From: Monocercomonoides exilis PA203
Taxonomy: Eukaryota > Protista > Preaxostyla
Assembly: GCA_001643675.2 (NCBI GenBank)
Contig: LSRY02000003.1
Span: 2,480,001 to 2,544,000, forward strand
DNA length: 64,000 nt
Direction of reading: 5' to 3'
The position numbers and the translations under genes were made by a program. A model generated the notes under the pieces. The model worked only from the letters and a program-made list of their open reading frames with translations. It was not told the DNA's origin and did no database searches. Below are positions 52,201 to 63,910 of this stretch, piece after piece; within the stretch, counting starts at the first letter, position 1; every line of letters begins with the position of its first letter.

Positions 52201-55173
52201 TTTGCATGGAAAATACCCAAACCCACAAAACCACGAGTCATATCCTCCATACCCATTCACCTTATTCCCCACATGTGCTGCTCCTGAAAATGCATCCAAA
52301 AACACATTCAATGGGAATATTCCCATCCCTCCCTCATTCCGGTCATATCCCATCAGCTCATCATAAACAGAAACATTTCGCGAGAAATTCAGCTTTGTGG
52401 TTGTTATTGTCCCACTCACCAACATGCTCCCATTCACAAACACATCTTTCCCTCCCAATGTTGCACTGCAACCAACAAAACTCACTGATGTTATTGCAAA
52501 ATCAAATGAGCCATCTGCCAGATACAGCATCACCCCACCTCCATATCCGCTGCACTTTGTTTTGTTGAATTTTGTTGCTCCTCCGCTGTGCGATGTTGAT
52601 GTCCCAATTCTAACTTGGCTTGTCGAAGAAGCCAACTCAACCTTTATCCCTCCGCCATTTCCATTCACACACTCACACCATTTCATCGTTGTATTCCACA
52701 CCACAAATGTCTCTCCTCCCTTTACACTCTTTGTCATCACAACTCCATCTCCTCCTGTCCGATTCACATTTTGAATTGTCAAATTCGCAAAAACACTTTC
52801 TCCAGAAGAAGATCCAGCTGATGATGGTTCGGCAAATAGCGATTGACTCATTTTTATATTTTTGATCTCCACATCAATCGTCTTCAATTGCTTCAGTGCC
52901 ACTTCAAACACAGATGATGAGATTGTACATCCTCCTGATTTCGATGAGTCGATCACCACATCCTCCAGCGAAAGAGTCCCACTCCCAAGTGACACCACAA
53001 ACACACTCGGCGATGGGCTTCTTGTCGCGTTGTGATCGATCCCCACATGCCCCACCTCCAGTTGGCCAGAAGATATACTAAAAAGTGTCGTCGATGAAGA
53101 AGAAAGTGAATTTGTTCCAATCACACTCGACTCCTTCCCTTTTCCAACAATCGAAATCTTCTTTTCCCCAACACTGACAGTTGCCCCTTCGCTCTCATGC
53201 CTTCCGACAAGCACTGAAATTCCGAAACTATTTAAATTATAACATTTATTCATGCAATACCCAATCGTTTTGCAAGGCATTGTCTCATTCATTCCACACA
53301 ATTCATTCGAATCATTTCCATTCTCCCCAACAAATAACAATTTTCCATCCTTCAACCACCCCTTCTTTTCTGTATGCTGATTACCATTATAATAATAGCA
53401 CACTCTCTTATCATTAGTATTTGTTGTGTAAGATTCGTAGAACGGATTGTTCGATGAAAAAAGATTGTATCGATCTTCAAAATACACATCATGCCCATAT
53501 GGAGTGGAATTACTGCAACTGCAATCGTGGAAGAAGAAGAAATAGCAATATTGATTGTTGCTTGGAGGTGTTGATTGATATGGCCTGAAATCCAATCCTC
53601 CGCCCGTTGATGTTGCGTTGCACGAAATGAACTGGAGGCTCCTCATTTTGAATGCAGCCGGAACATATGAGCAATACATCCCTCCACCATTATGATTTGT
53701 GAGCGTACACGAAGTGAATGAGCACTCAAACACAAAAGCGCTTTCCCCTTTCCCATTTTCTGTTCCAATACATGAAGATCCAGAAACCTGAAAAGAATTA
53801 AGATAAAGTCCTCCTCCATCATAATTTGCTTTGCATTTCTGGAACTCGCACCCACTGACCCTAACACATGACGAAATTGATTCAGCATACATTCCTCCTC
53901 CAAAACGTTTTTGGATTGTACAGGCGTTGAATGAATTGTTTTCAATTTTGATAGAATTGATAGAAGCACACAAAATTCCTCCACCACACCAATGCGCATA
54001 GCAGTCGTTGAAAGAACAAAATTTCACTGAAAGTGTTCCCGATCCCAGATTATACATGAAAATCGCCCCTCCATTTGAATCTCCAAAAGAATAACCAGAG
54101 TTTGTTCCAGTGGTTTTTGAGCCATTCCACACGCACCAGGTGAATGAATTCGCCCCATTTTCTGTAATCTGCTGTCTCGCTGGTTTCGATGGATTCCCCT
54201 CACTCCCGCTGATTGCAGCATTCTGTGATCGATAGCACCTGACAAATGAGGTGTTCGAGGCATCCAGGGAAGATGAAGGGCTGTTCAGTGAGGGGACAAT
54301 TCCCCCATCATACACATCCCACACCGATGAAAATTCACATCCTCTCATCAGAAACATTCTTTCGCTCAGCTCTTCAGCCAGATGTGATATTTTTTGTGGA
54401 TTTGTGGAGACGTTGAAGAAGGTCAACTGGGTGAGAGATACAAGGTGTGTCAAGGGAGGCGCTAGAAACGGGGCTGAAGACACACAAAAAGAAGAGAAAT
54501 GGGAAGAACAAACAAAAATGTAGCATTTTTCTGAAATCTCTCCTTCCACTGCTTTTGAAGAGAAAAGTGGAGCAAATATCTGTTCAGTTGAAGTTGAATA
54601 CGATCTGAGTGAAATATTGGTAAACAATACACAGCTCCCACAAAAATCAAAGGGAGGTGCCTCTCTCTCAACTTCAACAACACAGCCACTCAACTCAACA
54701 AAACTTCCATCCGATGCCCTGAGCACACTCTCCCCACCTCTTTCCATCAATATCAATGAATTCAGTTTTATTGATGAATTGACCCCAACAACACTTCCCT
54801 CAACCACACTCCCACCACACACACCCTCTTTTCCCCACATTTTCCATTCATCACAAAAACTCCATTTTTCACCTATCCCAATCTCTCCACTTCTCTCATT
54901 CCATTGTTTTGAGCATTTCTTCATCATTCTCTCTTCTTTCGAGGTTTCTCCCGTCCCACCTTCTTTTCCTTCACTACATGCATCAAATAAATCTCCTTCC
55001 ACATATTCGCAATTTTGAATGTTCTTTAAACATATATCTTCGAGATAATCCAATTCTCCTTCTTTTGCTGATTTCTCGGCAAGTCCTGCTCCATTACTTG
55101 TAGCACCATTGCACATGCACCCCACACAAATTATCCATGCACAATAAAATATTCCTGATAGCAACATAATCAT
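49282..55173 (-). CDS. 1963-aa type I membrane surface protein with parallel beta-helix (Pmp/pectin-lyase-like) repeats
   Basis: Hydrophobic N-terminus, many GGG/GGA(I/M/L/V) and FxxC repeats, three CG...PCKTI modules, a C-terminal TM helix (WWIVFVAAVGFIVIFVVIG) and a short tail. Intronless. Confidence 0.85.
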   Translation of the reverse strand: MIMLLSGIFYCAWIICVGCMCNGATSNGAGLAEKSAKEGELDYLEDICLKNIQNCEYVEGDLFDACSEGKEGGTGETSKEERMMKKCSKQWNERSGEIGIGEKWSFCDEWKMWGKEGVCGGSVVEGSVVGVNSSIKLNSLILMERGGESVLRASDGSFVELSGCVVEVEREAPPFDFCGSCVLFTNISLRSYSTSTEQIFAPLFSSKAVEGEISEKCYIFVCSSHFSSFCVSSAPFLAPPLTHLVSLTQLTFFNVSTNPQKISHLAEELSERMFLMRGCEFSSVWDVYDGGIVPSLNSPSSSLDASNTSFVRCYRSQNAAISGSEGNPSKPARQQITENGANSFTWCVWNGSKTTGTNSGYSFGDSNGGAIFMYNLGSGTLSVKFCSFNDCYAHWCGGGILCASINSIKIENNSFNACTIQKRFGGGMYAESISSCVRVSGCEFQKCKANYDGGGLYLNSFQVSGSSCIGTENGKGESAFVFECSFTSCTLTNHNGGGMYCSYVPAAFKMRSLQFISCNATSTGGGLDFRPYQSTPPSNNQYCYFFFFHDCSCSNSTPYGHDVYFEDRYNLFSSNNPFYESYTTNTNDKRVCYYYNGNQHTEKKGWLKDGKLLFVGENGNDSNELCGMNETMPCKTIGYCMNKCYNLNSFGISVLVGRHESEGATVSVGEKKISIVGKGKESSVIGTNSLSSSSTTLFSISSGQLEVGHVGIDHNATRSPSPSVFVVSLGSGTLSLEDVVIDSSKSGGCTISSSVFEVALKQLKTIDVEIKNIKMSQSLFAEPSSAGSSSGESVFANLTIQNVNRTGGDGVVMTKSVKGGETFVVWNTTMKWCECVNGNGGGIKVELASSTSQVRIGTSTSHSGGATKFNKTKCSGYGGGVMLYLADGSFDFAITSVSFVGCSATLGGKDVFVNGSMLVSGTITTTKLNFSRNVSVYDELMGYDRNEGGMGIFPLNVFLDAFSGAAHVGNKVNGYGGYDSWFCGFGYFPCKTITHAAQNRFSSSKKNIVLDPGFELGEVVPMAGSYEWEVYCTTNKTNVNVRVPGGMKSSCLMNIQSASSIKNIAFQIPFSLSSATSLIVLTSSSLTLTDCSVAHISESTSSVAFGYSIVNAQSGSLNMERFVICGALVFGAHSAIEFCEGMASVICSGCNISGVVKNSGDGGWMKGTVGTSGALTVDGCNANGCSCAGGKGGGVYVDVQESGIAIVNGTARFEGCVSEGRAIFGGRGGGMMVYLEGESSKLVIGSQVRFSEENQNEAIFGKDAFVKCGTGILLETKVNRDSFEFFDTSTIPLDPRRLCGTENGNEENIFPLFVYLCETESAVVVDGSRGKGTDYPHCGLLKFACKTIEYALMKRGNTPVISICNQSSLTDTALFERSRVKIEGFNGNLVLINIAARNETANGSLIKLNVDTEFSDIQFVLPSRIKGYNAVFEVYHKFLLENVTVSSLSQSVSFTFATVKAGETMLENVTFHKTFFSGACGFATANSNAILSSILKSGNEPSSSASNNCIFYIQGGTFKVCTFNCFDSKFQFISVFAFGREFNAFQVDNVFFENVTFNSSLIINRTSSMPSIKPNISISSFFLRNFSKIGNASLIRMEFVNVSISDSMLCVNNNFAAHGVLVNVSNSTVKMSNCTISGMSNLRSIVFNGEKQNERKFCCQFEGSLLYLRNCSSSIESTTFANSSVGALSVRDGEINLKSVTFFNNTPNSSQYNSVRRNILCENSSLSIASFSDESGNQNLDNLLEGEYLELWMQNRGCTVSGMMNWSQMEDVETADTVLREFPQKAYQFCRPHISEITKSEKGDKMMIHFIGNNLLPCLVSYEVFILNNSSSSSEKEIISLPFITCTFVSQEEFVVEASKSQLKFTLNSLKGQIFIQAVLKLKEDEINDSHRRKTQVVKTDPVLLSDVISNSNEKVSQTKSTSTMFPWWIVFVAAVGFIVIFVVIGQVFAKKRSSNDNAFVKL

Positions 55174-56799
55174 TCCTCTCCAACAATAGTCTTTTCTTTT
55201 TTCTATTGCAGACTAATATGGGCACTTCAACGAAATAATATCATTCAACTTTTGATGTGTATCATATTATTATATCAATATGAATATAATTCTTGTTTGT
55301 TTTTCAACATTTATTTGTGATCCAATGAATAATAGTGAATAATTCATCCATTTTTGTTGATTTTTGATATTTCAGCCGTCACTTTCCGTCCAGCAATATC
55401 TGCCTCTGAGATGGAACAGCATATGAATTGGAGCATGTAATTTTGCTGGCTGTATTTCAATGAGAAAAGGCATCAGGGAAAGAAATGAATGATGTGAAGA
55501 TTGATGAAAACAGTGAATGGAAGGGGTATGAGTGCTGAAAGTTTTGTGACTCTGCACCACATATTAATGTATGTCTTTTGATGGATTATTTATGTAGTTT
55601 TTATTTGAAGAGATTTTCGATGTTTTGAAAGAAATGATTGTTTATGCCCAGATTGGATGAAATGGACACTTTTGGCAAAAGGGGCGGGATGCATGGAACA
55701 AGGTCATACAAGCATCTGGATTGGGTTTTTGATGTGTTTTTCTCACAGATAGAGATGGAATTTCAGTTCAAGGGAAAAACACTGAATGGATGAATGAGTG
55801 AAAATGGATATTTTTTGTTGATGCAAAGAGGTTGCAGGGAATTAATGGAATTTGCTATTGGTGTGCTATAATCTCTGTTTTATTCGACTTTTTTCTTGAA
55901 AATACTTTTATTTATTTTTATTTTTTCATATGATAGGATTTTGGAAGTTATGCGAGAAATTCCTGCGGATTTCTATTTGCAGGGAGAAATTCTTTTGGAG
56001 AAAGGAAGAATGGAAAATGAGGAGGCAGAATCAGGTTGAAAGGTATTTTTTGATTGAAAAGGGATTGAAGAGGAGAACAAACAAAATTGATGATTACGAA
56101 AGAAAAGAATGGAAGAACATGCCATTGAAACAATTCTTTCAAATTTATCTGGATCATTGTTCATCAGCATTATTTTGGAAGAGGAAATGGATTTACGTTC
56201 ACTCATCAACTTATTCAAAGATGCAAGAAAGAAATGAAAGTGAAGGAAAAGAAGGAGTTTTTGAACAGTTGAAGATGTTTTCAACGCAAAAGCAAAGCAG
56301 GTTGTAATTGACAAGCGAGACAAAAAGAATAAGTGATTTATCCTCCCAACAAATTATCATTCCATTTTGTTTCAGTTTGTTTGTTTTTGCTTCGTCGGAT
56401 GGAGCTGTTATCTCTCCATCTCTTTGTGAAGTGTCATTTGAATGAGCTTTGTTTTGGGAATCATCCTCACAATTTCATTGAAAGCACTTTTCTTTTGCTG
56501 TTCAATGTTTTTTATGATTGCACTTGCTTCGTGCTCATTTCGCACTCCTGCACTTTTGTATTAAGATTATTTCACATTTTTGAACAAAAAAATTTTTTGA
56601 ATATTTTTTTATCTTCATGTTGTATTCTCCAAAAATCTGACAAATACAAGTGAATAGTACAAAAATGAAAATGTCTTTGTAGCATAAATAACATATGCAT
56701 TTGCATGACGATAGTGTTTAGGCATTTGAAGAAATTTCAAAATGATTGAGTGTTCCAACATTTTTTTGTTCGCTTTCTTGTTTGCTGTTTTCGCTCTGT

Positions 56800-59108
56800 T
56801 TTTGAGCTTTATGTGTTTTGTGTGCCCTGGACTACGGAAAGAAGTTGACACATATTACACTGCCATCGCAGATAAAGCGCGCCGGGTCGCCGTTTGGGGG
56901 CGGAAGCACGCAATTGCGCTCGACGCCGTTCCAGCCTTCGAGCACAGCGAAGCGCGCTTCTGGGGCTGCAGGTGAGCAGACGAAGTTGCTAGATCGATAT
57001 CTGACCCCTCTTCAAAGAGAGGATGCGATTAACACAAGTGTGTGCTTTGGGTATTTGTTGTTTTGTTTTTGACGAGTTGGCTGTCTTCTGCGGGCGTGGG
57101 GGTTTTTGTGCTGCGCCAGCTGTTGCAGGGCTGGCCTTTGAGGAGCCACGCGGGATGGAGGAAGACAGGGCTGGCGATTTGTGTGGCAGTTCCTTTGAAC
57201 GATGAAAAAAATGTTATTGAATTTTGTTTGGTGTATTTTTTTCAGGAACCCGCCGTCGCAGATTGACGACAGCGACTACTTCATGAGCCGGGCGAGGCTG
57301 CTGGCATCGATGAAAATAACGTTTGGGGCGATGGAGCGACGTGGGAGCTATTTTATCCCCATGAACGGTAATATGTGGAGAGAGTCGCGGGGGCCGCTGG
57401 TGACGTACACGAGGGAAGGGGTTCGGCGGCTGGGGGAGCGGTTTGAAGAGATGATGGCGGCGAAGGAGACGGACCGGCTGGAGGCGGGGGAGCAGATTAT
57501 GCACAACCAGATGTGCATTGATGTGACGCTTGGAGATGTGGGAGAGATGCTGGGGCTGCGGTGCAGCGAGGAAGGAGAGCTGCTGCACCGGATCCGGGTG
57601 GAGTATGCGTGTGTGTATGGCGAGCTGTGGAAGGAGCAAGAGACGGGGGTGGCGCGGGAAGAGCGGCTGCGGGAAGAGCTGAGGAACAAGGAGTAAGACC
57701 TGGAGAGGACGAAGGCGAATGCAGCACAGATGCTGAGCGAGATGTGCGTGAAGAACGAGGCGCACGTGGCGGAGCTGGCAGGGGAGAAAGAAAGGCTAAG
57801 GCGGCAGATCCGGGAGCTGAAGGAGCAGCACCAGGAGGCGAAGCAGGAGATGGAGAAGCGGTACTCGGAGTTCAACATGCAGCTGCAGAAGACCAGGGAC
57901 GAAGAGCGGATCTCGAAGCGGACGAGCGGGTTGGAGGAGCAGCTGCAGGAGAAGGCCAAGATCATCTGGATGAATCAGAGGAAGATTCTGGAGCTGAACG
58001 AGAAGAATAACACAGATGTGAAGGAGCAGCAGCAGCTGGTGGAGATGAAGGAGAAGGTGGAGCTAATTTGTGTGAGAATTGAGAAGTGAAGAATTTCTGT
58101 GCTCAGCAAAGAGGAGTTGTGAGTGTGGATGGCAAGTTGAAACTTGTGGATTTGTAGTTACACTTGCCATATTTTTTTCATTTATTTCTGCGGAGGGCGT
58201 GATGGTTCCATCTACGGTTTCGTTGATTCTGCCATCGGGGCTGTGTGAAAAGTGCCAGGAGAAGTTTGCAGCGAGCATCGGGGATGGCAGCGCTGTGATG
58301 CTTGGGCCAGACCTGAATGGGAAGGGGGTTGTTGCAAAAGTGTGGCGCGGGGTGAGTGTTGCGAGAAAAATAAACAGCGGAGGTGGAGGTGGTTGTGGAA
58401 GAGCAGATGCAACTGTGCAGCAGAAGACGAACGAGACGGAGAACGAAAATGAAGATGCTGATGGAACTTCCGAAAGTGCACTTGCTGACGATTTGAGAGC
58501 AGAAGGCGCTGTTCGAAAAGGAGATTAAGAATCAGAAGAAGAGCGATGCAATCAGGAAGGTAATGATCCACGGGGGAGAAGCCATTCTAGTGGAACATTG
58601 CAGAGATTTTGCTGTTTGGGAGACTTGTGTCAGACGAGTTCAATGAAGACAAGCTGTCGCTCTTCTTATTCTTCAGCATCGTGCTTGAAGGGGCGTCGGA
58701 GAAGAAGATCAAGATGTTTTTTGGGGAGTTTGAGGGGCTGCAGTCTGAGAAGGGGGAGGCAGATGTGTCTGTGTTTCTGGGGATTCTGCTGAACAACTAC
58801 CTGGCCGAGGCAGTGAAGAGAAAGAATGCGATAAGAGCGCTGTATGATGCGATATGCAGTTGTAATCCATCGACTCCATCGACTTCATCATCAACATCGT
58901 CATCATCGCCAGGGGCAGTGCGTAGAGGGATCAAGTACTCGGAGCTGGAGTCTCTTCAGTGTGTGTGCCATCCGCAGACGCCACAGTCGCTGTAGCTGCG
59001 GATCTTCTGGGATGCGTACCGGCTGTCAGGCTGCTGTCTGCCTTCGTTTGCGTCTGTGCTGGAGGCGTGCCAGCGCAAGGACTTTTCACGCAGTGCCTGC
59101 AGCTGCCG
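56800..59108 (+). pseudogene. GC-rich multi-exon coiled-coil protein gene with in-frame stops, cut off at telomeric repeats
   Basis: ORFs 57202-57696 and 57730-58089 share a frame, separated by one TAA. ORF 58609-58995 ends at TAG, but coding-like sequence (LRIFWDAYRLSG...) continues in frame to 59108. Confidence 0.55.
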
Positions 59109-59124
59109 TTAGGGTTAGGGTTAG
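59109..59124 (+). repeat. Interstitial telomere-type repeat (TTAGGG)2TTAG
   Basis: Sequence ...GCCG TTAGGG TTAGGG TTAG CCTAGAC..., located exactly at a GC-rich to AT-rich switch. Confidence 0.75.
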
Positions 59125-59486
59125 CCTAGACTTGCATTAATACCTTTTTGGCATTCGTTTTTTGACATATTCCTCAAGGTTATTGAGAAAATAACCTTGC
59201 TAAATAACCATGAAGGTTTTGGACAAAAACCTTTGAGGCTTTTTTCTGATAATAGTGAATTAAAACAATTTAATAAAGTCATAAACTCTTTTCTATTACT
59301 GTGCAATATAAAAACAATTAATGAGAATGAAGAAGAAAAAAAATACTTTCAATTTTTTATTTTTCAAAAAATGTTTTTTGAAATTTCTTATTTTGAAAAT
59401 ATTTCAAATGAAAAAATTTGATAAAAATAACAAACTTTAAGAGAATAAAAGCTGATAAAAATAATGAAATAAAGAAATAAAAGTTA

Positions 59487-62400
59487 TTAAATATTCAATT
59501 TCTTTCTTTCTTGTTTTTTCTTTATGTTTCTCCATCGATCACTGCAATCTCCAGCTGTTCTGTTTTCAAGAAATGAGGCAATTTTCACCCAACTTTCTTC
59601 TTTTGCCTTGTGTTCTTTCAATATTTCATCCTCATCCTTTGACCACCTTTTTCTAATTCTTTTTCCTAGATAATCCTTTTCTCTCTTTTCCATTATCATA
59701 CGATTTCGATTTTCTTTTATCTTCTTACAATTGTATTTTTTGATATCTCTTTCGATGAGATTTTCCTTTTTCATAAAATCTAAGAATATCTCGACATGTT
59801 GATTCACGCAAGTTGGATCCAATAACAAAATGTTGATGATATCTTTTCTTGCTATTTCAGCTCTGATGTGCTCTTTGATTGAACAATAGCTCGAAGGTGA
59901 TGCTTTTTCCAACTTTGGAAGGTATTTTTCTTTCGCTTTTTCTTCCAACTCCTCATTTTCCTCAGCAAACTTTCCTAATCCCTTTCTGAATAAATATTCA
60001 TTTGTCCTTTGATCATTTTTCTTCCCTTCTCTTAATAATTTCATTCTATTCACAATTTCACGATTGAACTTTGAGAAGATGATTTCTCTATTCCAAGATT
60101 GTGATTTCAATTTGAATCCGTGGAAAGATTCTATCTTCAGCAATCTGTCATCAATTAATGCTTTTCTCGGTTTGTTTTTGTTGACAATAATTACACGAGA
60201 AGCAATAACTGTTTGAGATGCAGTTTTTTTGATATATGCCATTTGTGAATAAGAAAATGGAATCCAACCAGCAACCATCGCACAAGTTTCCAAAATTGAA
60301 TTCCTCTCTTCTTTGTTTGAACCTGCATTCATTAAAGCTGAACACAAAAATCCACTTCTCAATGAATGAAATCCAAATGATTCCGAAGGAAATCCAGATT
60401 GATCCAATCTTTTCTTTAATCTCGTCCTCATCACCTCAGTATTTCTTGTCCAAATTAAATCACTCCTTTCATCTTCAACCGGCCATTTGTCTTTCTCAAA
60501 CAAATCCATTTTGAATTTGTTTAAAATATGTTTTCTCATCCAATATACAGCATCTAAATCAACATCTTCTTCATTCTGGTTTTCCAATGTCACAACATGA
60601 TTCCAATTATCTTTTCCTTTTGTTCTCATTTGTCTTATTTTCACGAATATTGTTCCATCTTCTTCGATTATGACATTTCGTATATCGCACAATCTAATTC
60701 CACCACAAGTTACAGCTCGTGAACCAGTATGCAAAGCAAAAAGAAATAACGATGCATCTTCTGCTTTGAATTCTGAATAATCTGGAATACTGTTAATCAA
60801 ATATTTTACGTCAAATGTGACTAATGGTTCTTTTCCATCGCCTTTTTGTTTAAGGCTTTTATTCCTTCTTAGTTCACTCACAACAGAATTTATTCCATCA
60901 TTAAGTTTTTGATCTATTTGTTCATTAAACATTTTTGTTTGAATTCTTTTTAAAGATGGAACAACAACAGATTGTACAGAACCAACACTATAATGACAGT
61001 CTTTACACAAAAAACGTAAAAAACCACGAATACATTCAATTTCAATGGGAAATGGTTTAAAATCTAAATCTTTTGCAAAATAATCGTACAATCGAAGCAC
61101 CCAGTTGTGCTTTCTTAATGTTGACTGGGAGTATTGTCGTGGTAATAAGCAGTACTCCTTCAGTTTTTTTCTATCTGCCGATTCCAGCGCAGCATCCATG
61201 AAAGTTGGTTGGTTTCGATCCCTTTCAAGTCGCAAATCCAGCTGCTCATACGTTTGATTCATGTCTTCGTAACGCTCGCTTCCGATAACAAGTTTCTCTT
61301 CAGAATCCGCGCTTTCACTTTCCGTTCTTTCGTCTTTGTGTCCAGTTTCAACGCTATCCAATTGAGAGAAATTGGTTGATAAATCTCTAGGAGTTAAAGC
61401 TTCTTTTCTCAACTGCGCTGCATTTAACACCTGTTTCTTTTTCTGATCGTTTCCTTGTGGTACGCAACTGTTTGATGTTTCTTTGGAATTTCTCTCAGAT
61501 GATTTCGTTTTGTTTTCAACGAATTTTGTACAACAATCCTTTTCCTTTGTCATCTCTTCTGTTGAGCTATCAAACTCATGTTGCGTTTTGGAATAGTTAT
61601 CACTCATTTCTTCAATGAAATGCATCTCCTCCAACATTTTGCTTTTGAAGAACTTCAATCTTTTATAATGCTCCTCCATTTTCTTTTTCATGAAAAGACG
61701 CTCCTCCATTATCAGTTTTCGAAAATCACGCTCCTCCGAATCAGCTGGTTGATCTGCTCCATCAACAATTTGAACACACGACAGCAAGTTTACTTCATTT
61801 GGCTCAACGTAATCATTCGTATCCTTTTCGAAACTTGAATGATAAGGCATCTCTTGATTGTCTTTTTCTGAATCAGACTCATCTACCTTCCTTCTTTTGT
61901 TTGTTGTTATCGACTGACTTGTTTCATAATTCGGCTGAAATGTTTCATTTACAGCAAATTCTGATTCCCTGACTTACGTGTTCATCACTTGTCAAATCTT
62001 CTTCTGAAGCATGCTCATTTTCGCTTCCATCATTGGATTCTTCTTCAACGATGTTGAAGCTTTTACCAATTTTGATTCGATGAAATTCTTCAGAAGATAC
62101 ACTTGAATTATCTGCACAAGCGTTGGATGAATTGTTTTCTACGGAAGTGTGTTTTTGAGAACTGCTTTTCCTTGAACTGCTTTTTCGCGAAATTCTGTTC
62201 GTTAATTTTAATGCTGAAATTACATTTTCTACGTCTGATTCATCGCTTCCTCCAATTGTTTCATCTTCTTCTCCAAGCCATGCAGTTCGAACCAACTTGG
62301 AACTTTTCCTTTCCTGTGCTTTCGGCATCAATTCATTATCTTCTTCAGATTCGTCTTCGATTATTTCATGCGGTTCAACAACTGAGAAATAAAAAAGATG

Positions 62401-62552
62401 AAAGTCAATTATTTTCAGTGAAAAAAACAACAAGGCAAACTTTTATTCCTGCGATAACTATCATAAAAATTATCAATGAATTGAAGCAACTCTTTGGACG
62501 TTGGGATTGTTGCATCATCATTGCAAACAGTGTCTTCTTTGTTTGAGCTCAT
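59487..62552 (-). CDS. Tyrosine recombinase with C-terminal Myb/SANT domain, 987 aa, three exons
   Basis: Exons 62552-62441, 62381-61978 and 61934-59487 join in frame (introns of 59 and 43 nt, GTTTG..AG and GTAAG..AG). Catalytic set: HTGSR (R), RTKG (K), HSLR (H,R), VAGW (W), MAYI (Y). Myb: RWSKDEDEIL..SWVKIASFLENRTAGDCSDRWRNI. Confidence 0.9.
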
Positions 62553-63691
62553 TTTTGAATTATATTTCTTGCTAGATCATATTCCGAAAATGAGTGGTTT
62601 TGATTAATAAAGAAATACAAATGAAGTTATGAGAAAACAATATTTTCAAATGAAAAATTTTTAATTTCCATTATTGAAACAAAAACTGGAAAGAAGGATT
62701 CATTCTGAAGGATGGAATGCATTTTATCGTAGAGTGGTCCATTTTGAAACATTCATATTTTTTGGAATTTCAAATTCGACAAGAATATTGCAGAACGATA
62801 ATGCGTGAAATGAACTATTTGAATCATGAACAGAAAGTGGAAATTACATGTTTTGTATGTTTCTTTTGAAAGTTTCGCCAATTTATTTGTATTATTAATA
62901 ATTTTTCTTTGCAGCTGAATGAATATCTTGACTCATAATTGCGAATGGTACAAATTTTATGCACAGAAATTATAGTGAATTACAGAACTGGAAAACAAAT
63001 GAATACTCTAAAATGAAAGAAAACTTTCACACTAATATCCTCAGAAAACAATCAATACTAATTGGAAAGAATAATTACATTTATTATACTGGATAAGGGA
63101 TAATGAACATGAATCATTATTGCAAATAATGTTGATAAACAAAAATGGATGAATATTCAATAAATGATGAATTGAAATAACTAACAACTGATAACAAAAA
63201 TTGGAAAGAAGAAAATTTCAATTTTGTACAAAGGAAATATTCGCTGTATGTTCGTGGGAAGTACTGGGAAATAATAATAATCAAATCTCTGATAAGAATT
63301 CTGAAGGATAAATACACATGCTGAGAATAAAATGCTTTTTGCCAATAAAATATAACATTTAGTTTGATTAAATGTTTTTTCTTTATACAACTGAAACTTT
63401 CAAAAGTTGTTTGCAACTTGTAAAATATATGGAACATCTTGTATTGCATGTAGGCATTACAATTTTTGGTCATTATAATGGATTTCATACGATTTTTGAA
63501 GGGAAAATACTTTTGGAACTATAATTATTACAATGTCAACACAAATAAATCAACGAAGTAACTTATTCATTATTTATTAGAAATAATTCCATAGCCAAAT
63601 TTAATACAAATATTCGATATTGCATAACGGAATATACACAATTATTAATAAATATATCTTATTATAAATTTCACTAAGAAACAAATGCGAA

Positions 63692-63910
63692 GCTTTTTTC
63701 CGCCCCGAACACGAAAAATTTTTGAAACGCGCGATAAAAGCGCGTTTCAAAAATTAGGTGTGAGGGCGGGGAAAAAAGCGAGCGGGGCAAAATGGAGGGG
63801 CCGCGGGGAGGGAACGTCTGGTGGGAGGGGGAGATTTTTCGGGAAAATACTGTTCGCAGTATTCTCAAAAAATCCCCCCTTTTTCCCACTGACCCCCCTC
63901 TTTTCTGCCC
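63692..63910. other. Two adjacent long imperfect inverted repeats
   Basis: Perfect 16-7-16 palindrome at 63717-63755 inside a 63692-63779 hairpin. A second hairpin spans 63785-63910 with apex AATACTG-TTCG-CAGTATT. Confidence 0.85.

Noticed and set aside
57694-58995. TAA/TAG read as glutamine (alternative genetic code)
   Set aside because: Long genes here (1963 aa, NPHP4, YR) use CAA/CAG with no internal TAA/TAG, and the YR and transposase genes end in TAA, so pseudogenisation is simpler.
59487-62552. Recombinase acting as a shufflon invertase on the cassette array
   Set aside because: It is 30 kb away in its own compositional block, and I found no shared short crossover site at cassette ends. 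Not excluded, but unsupported.
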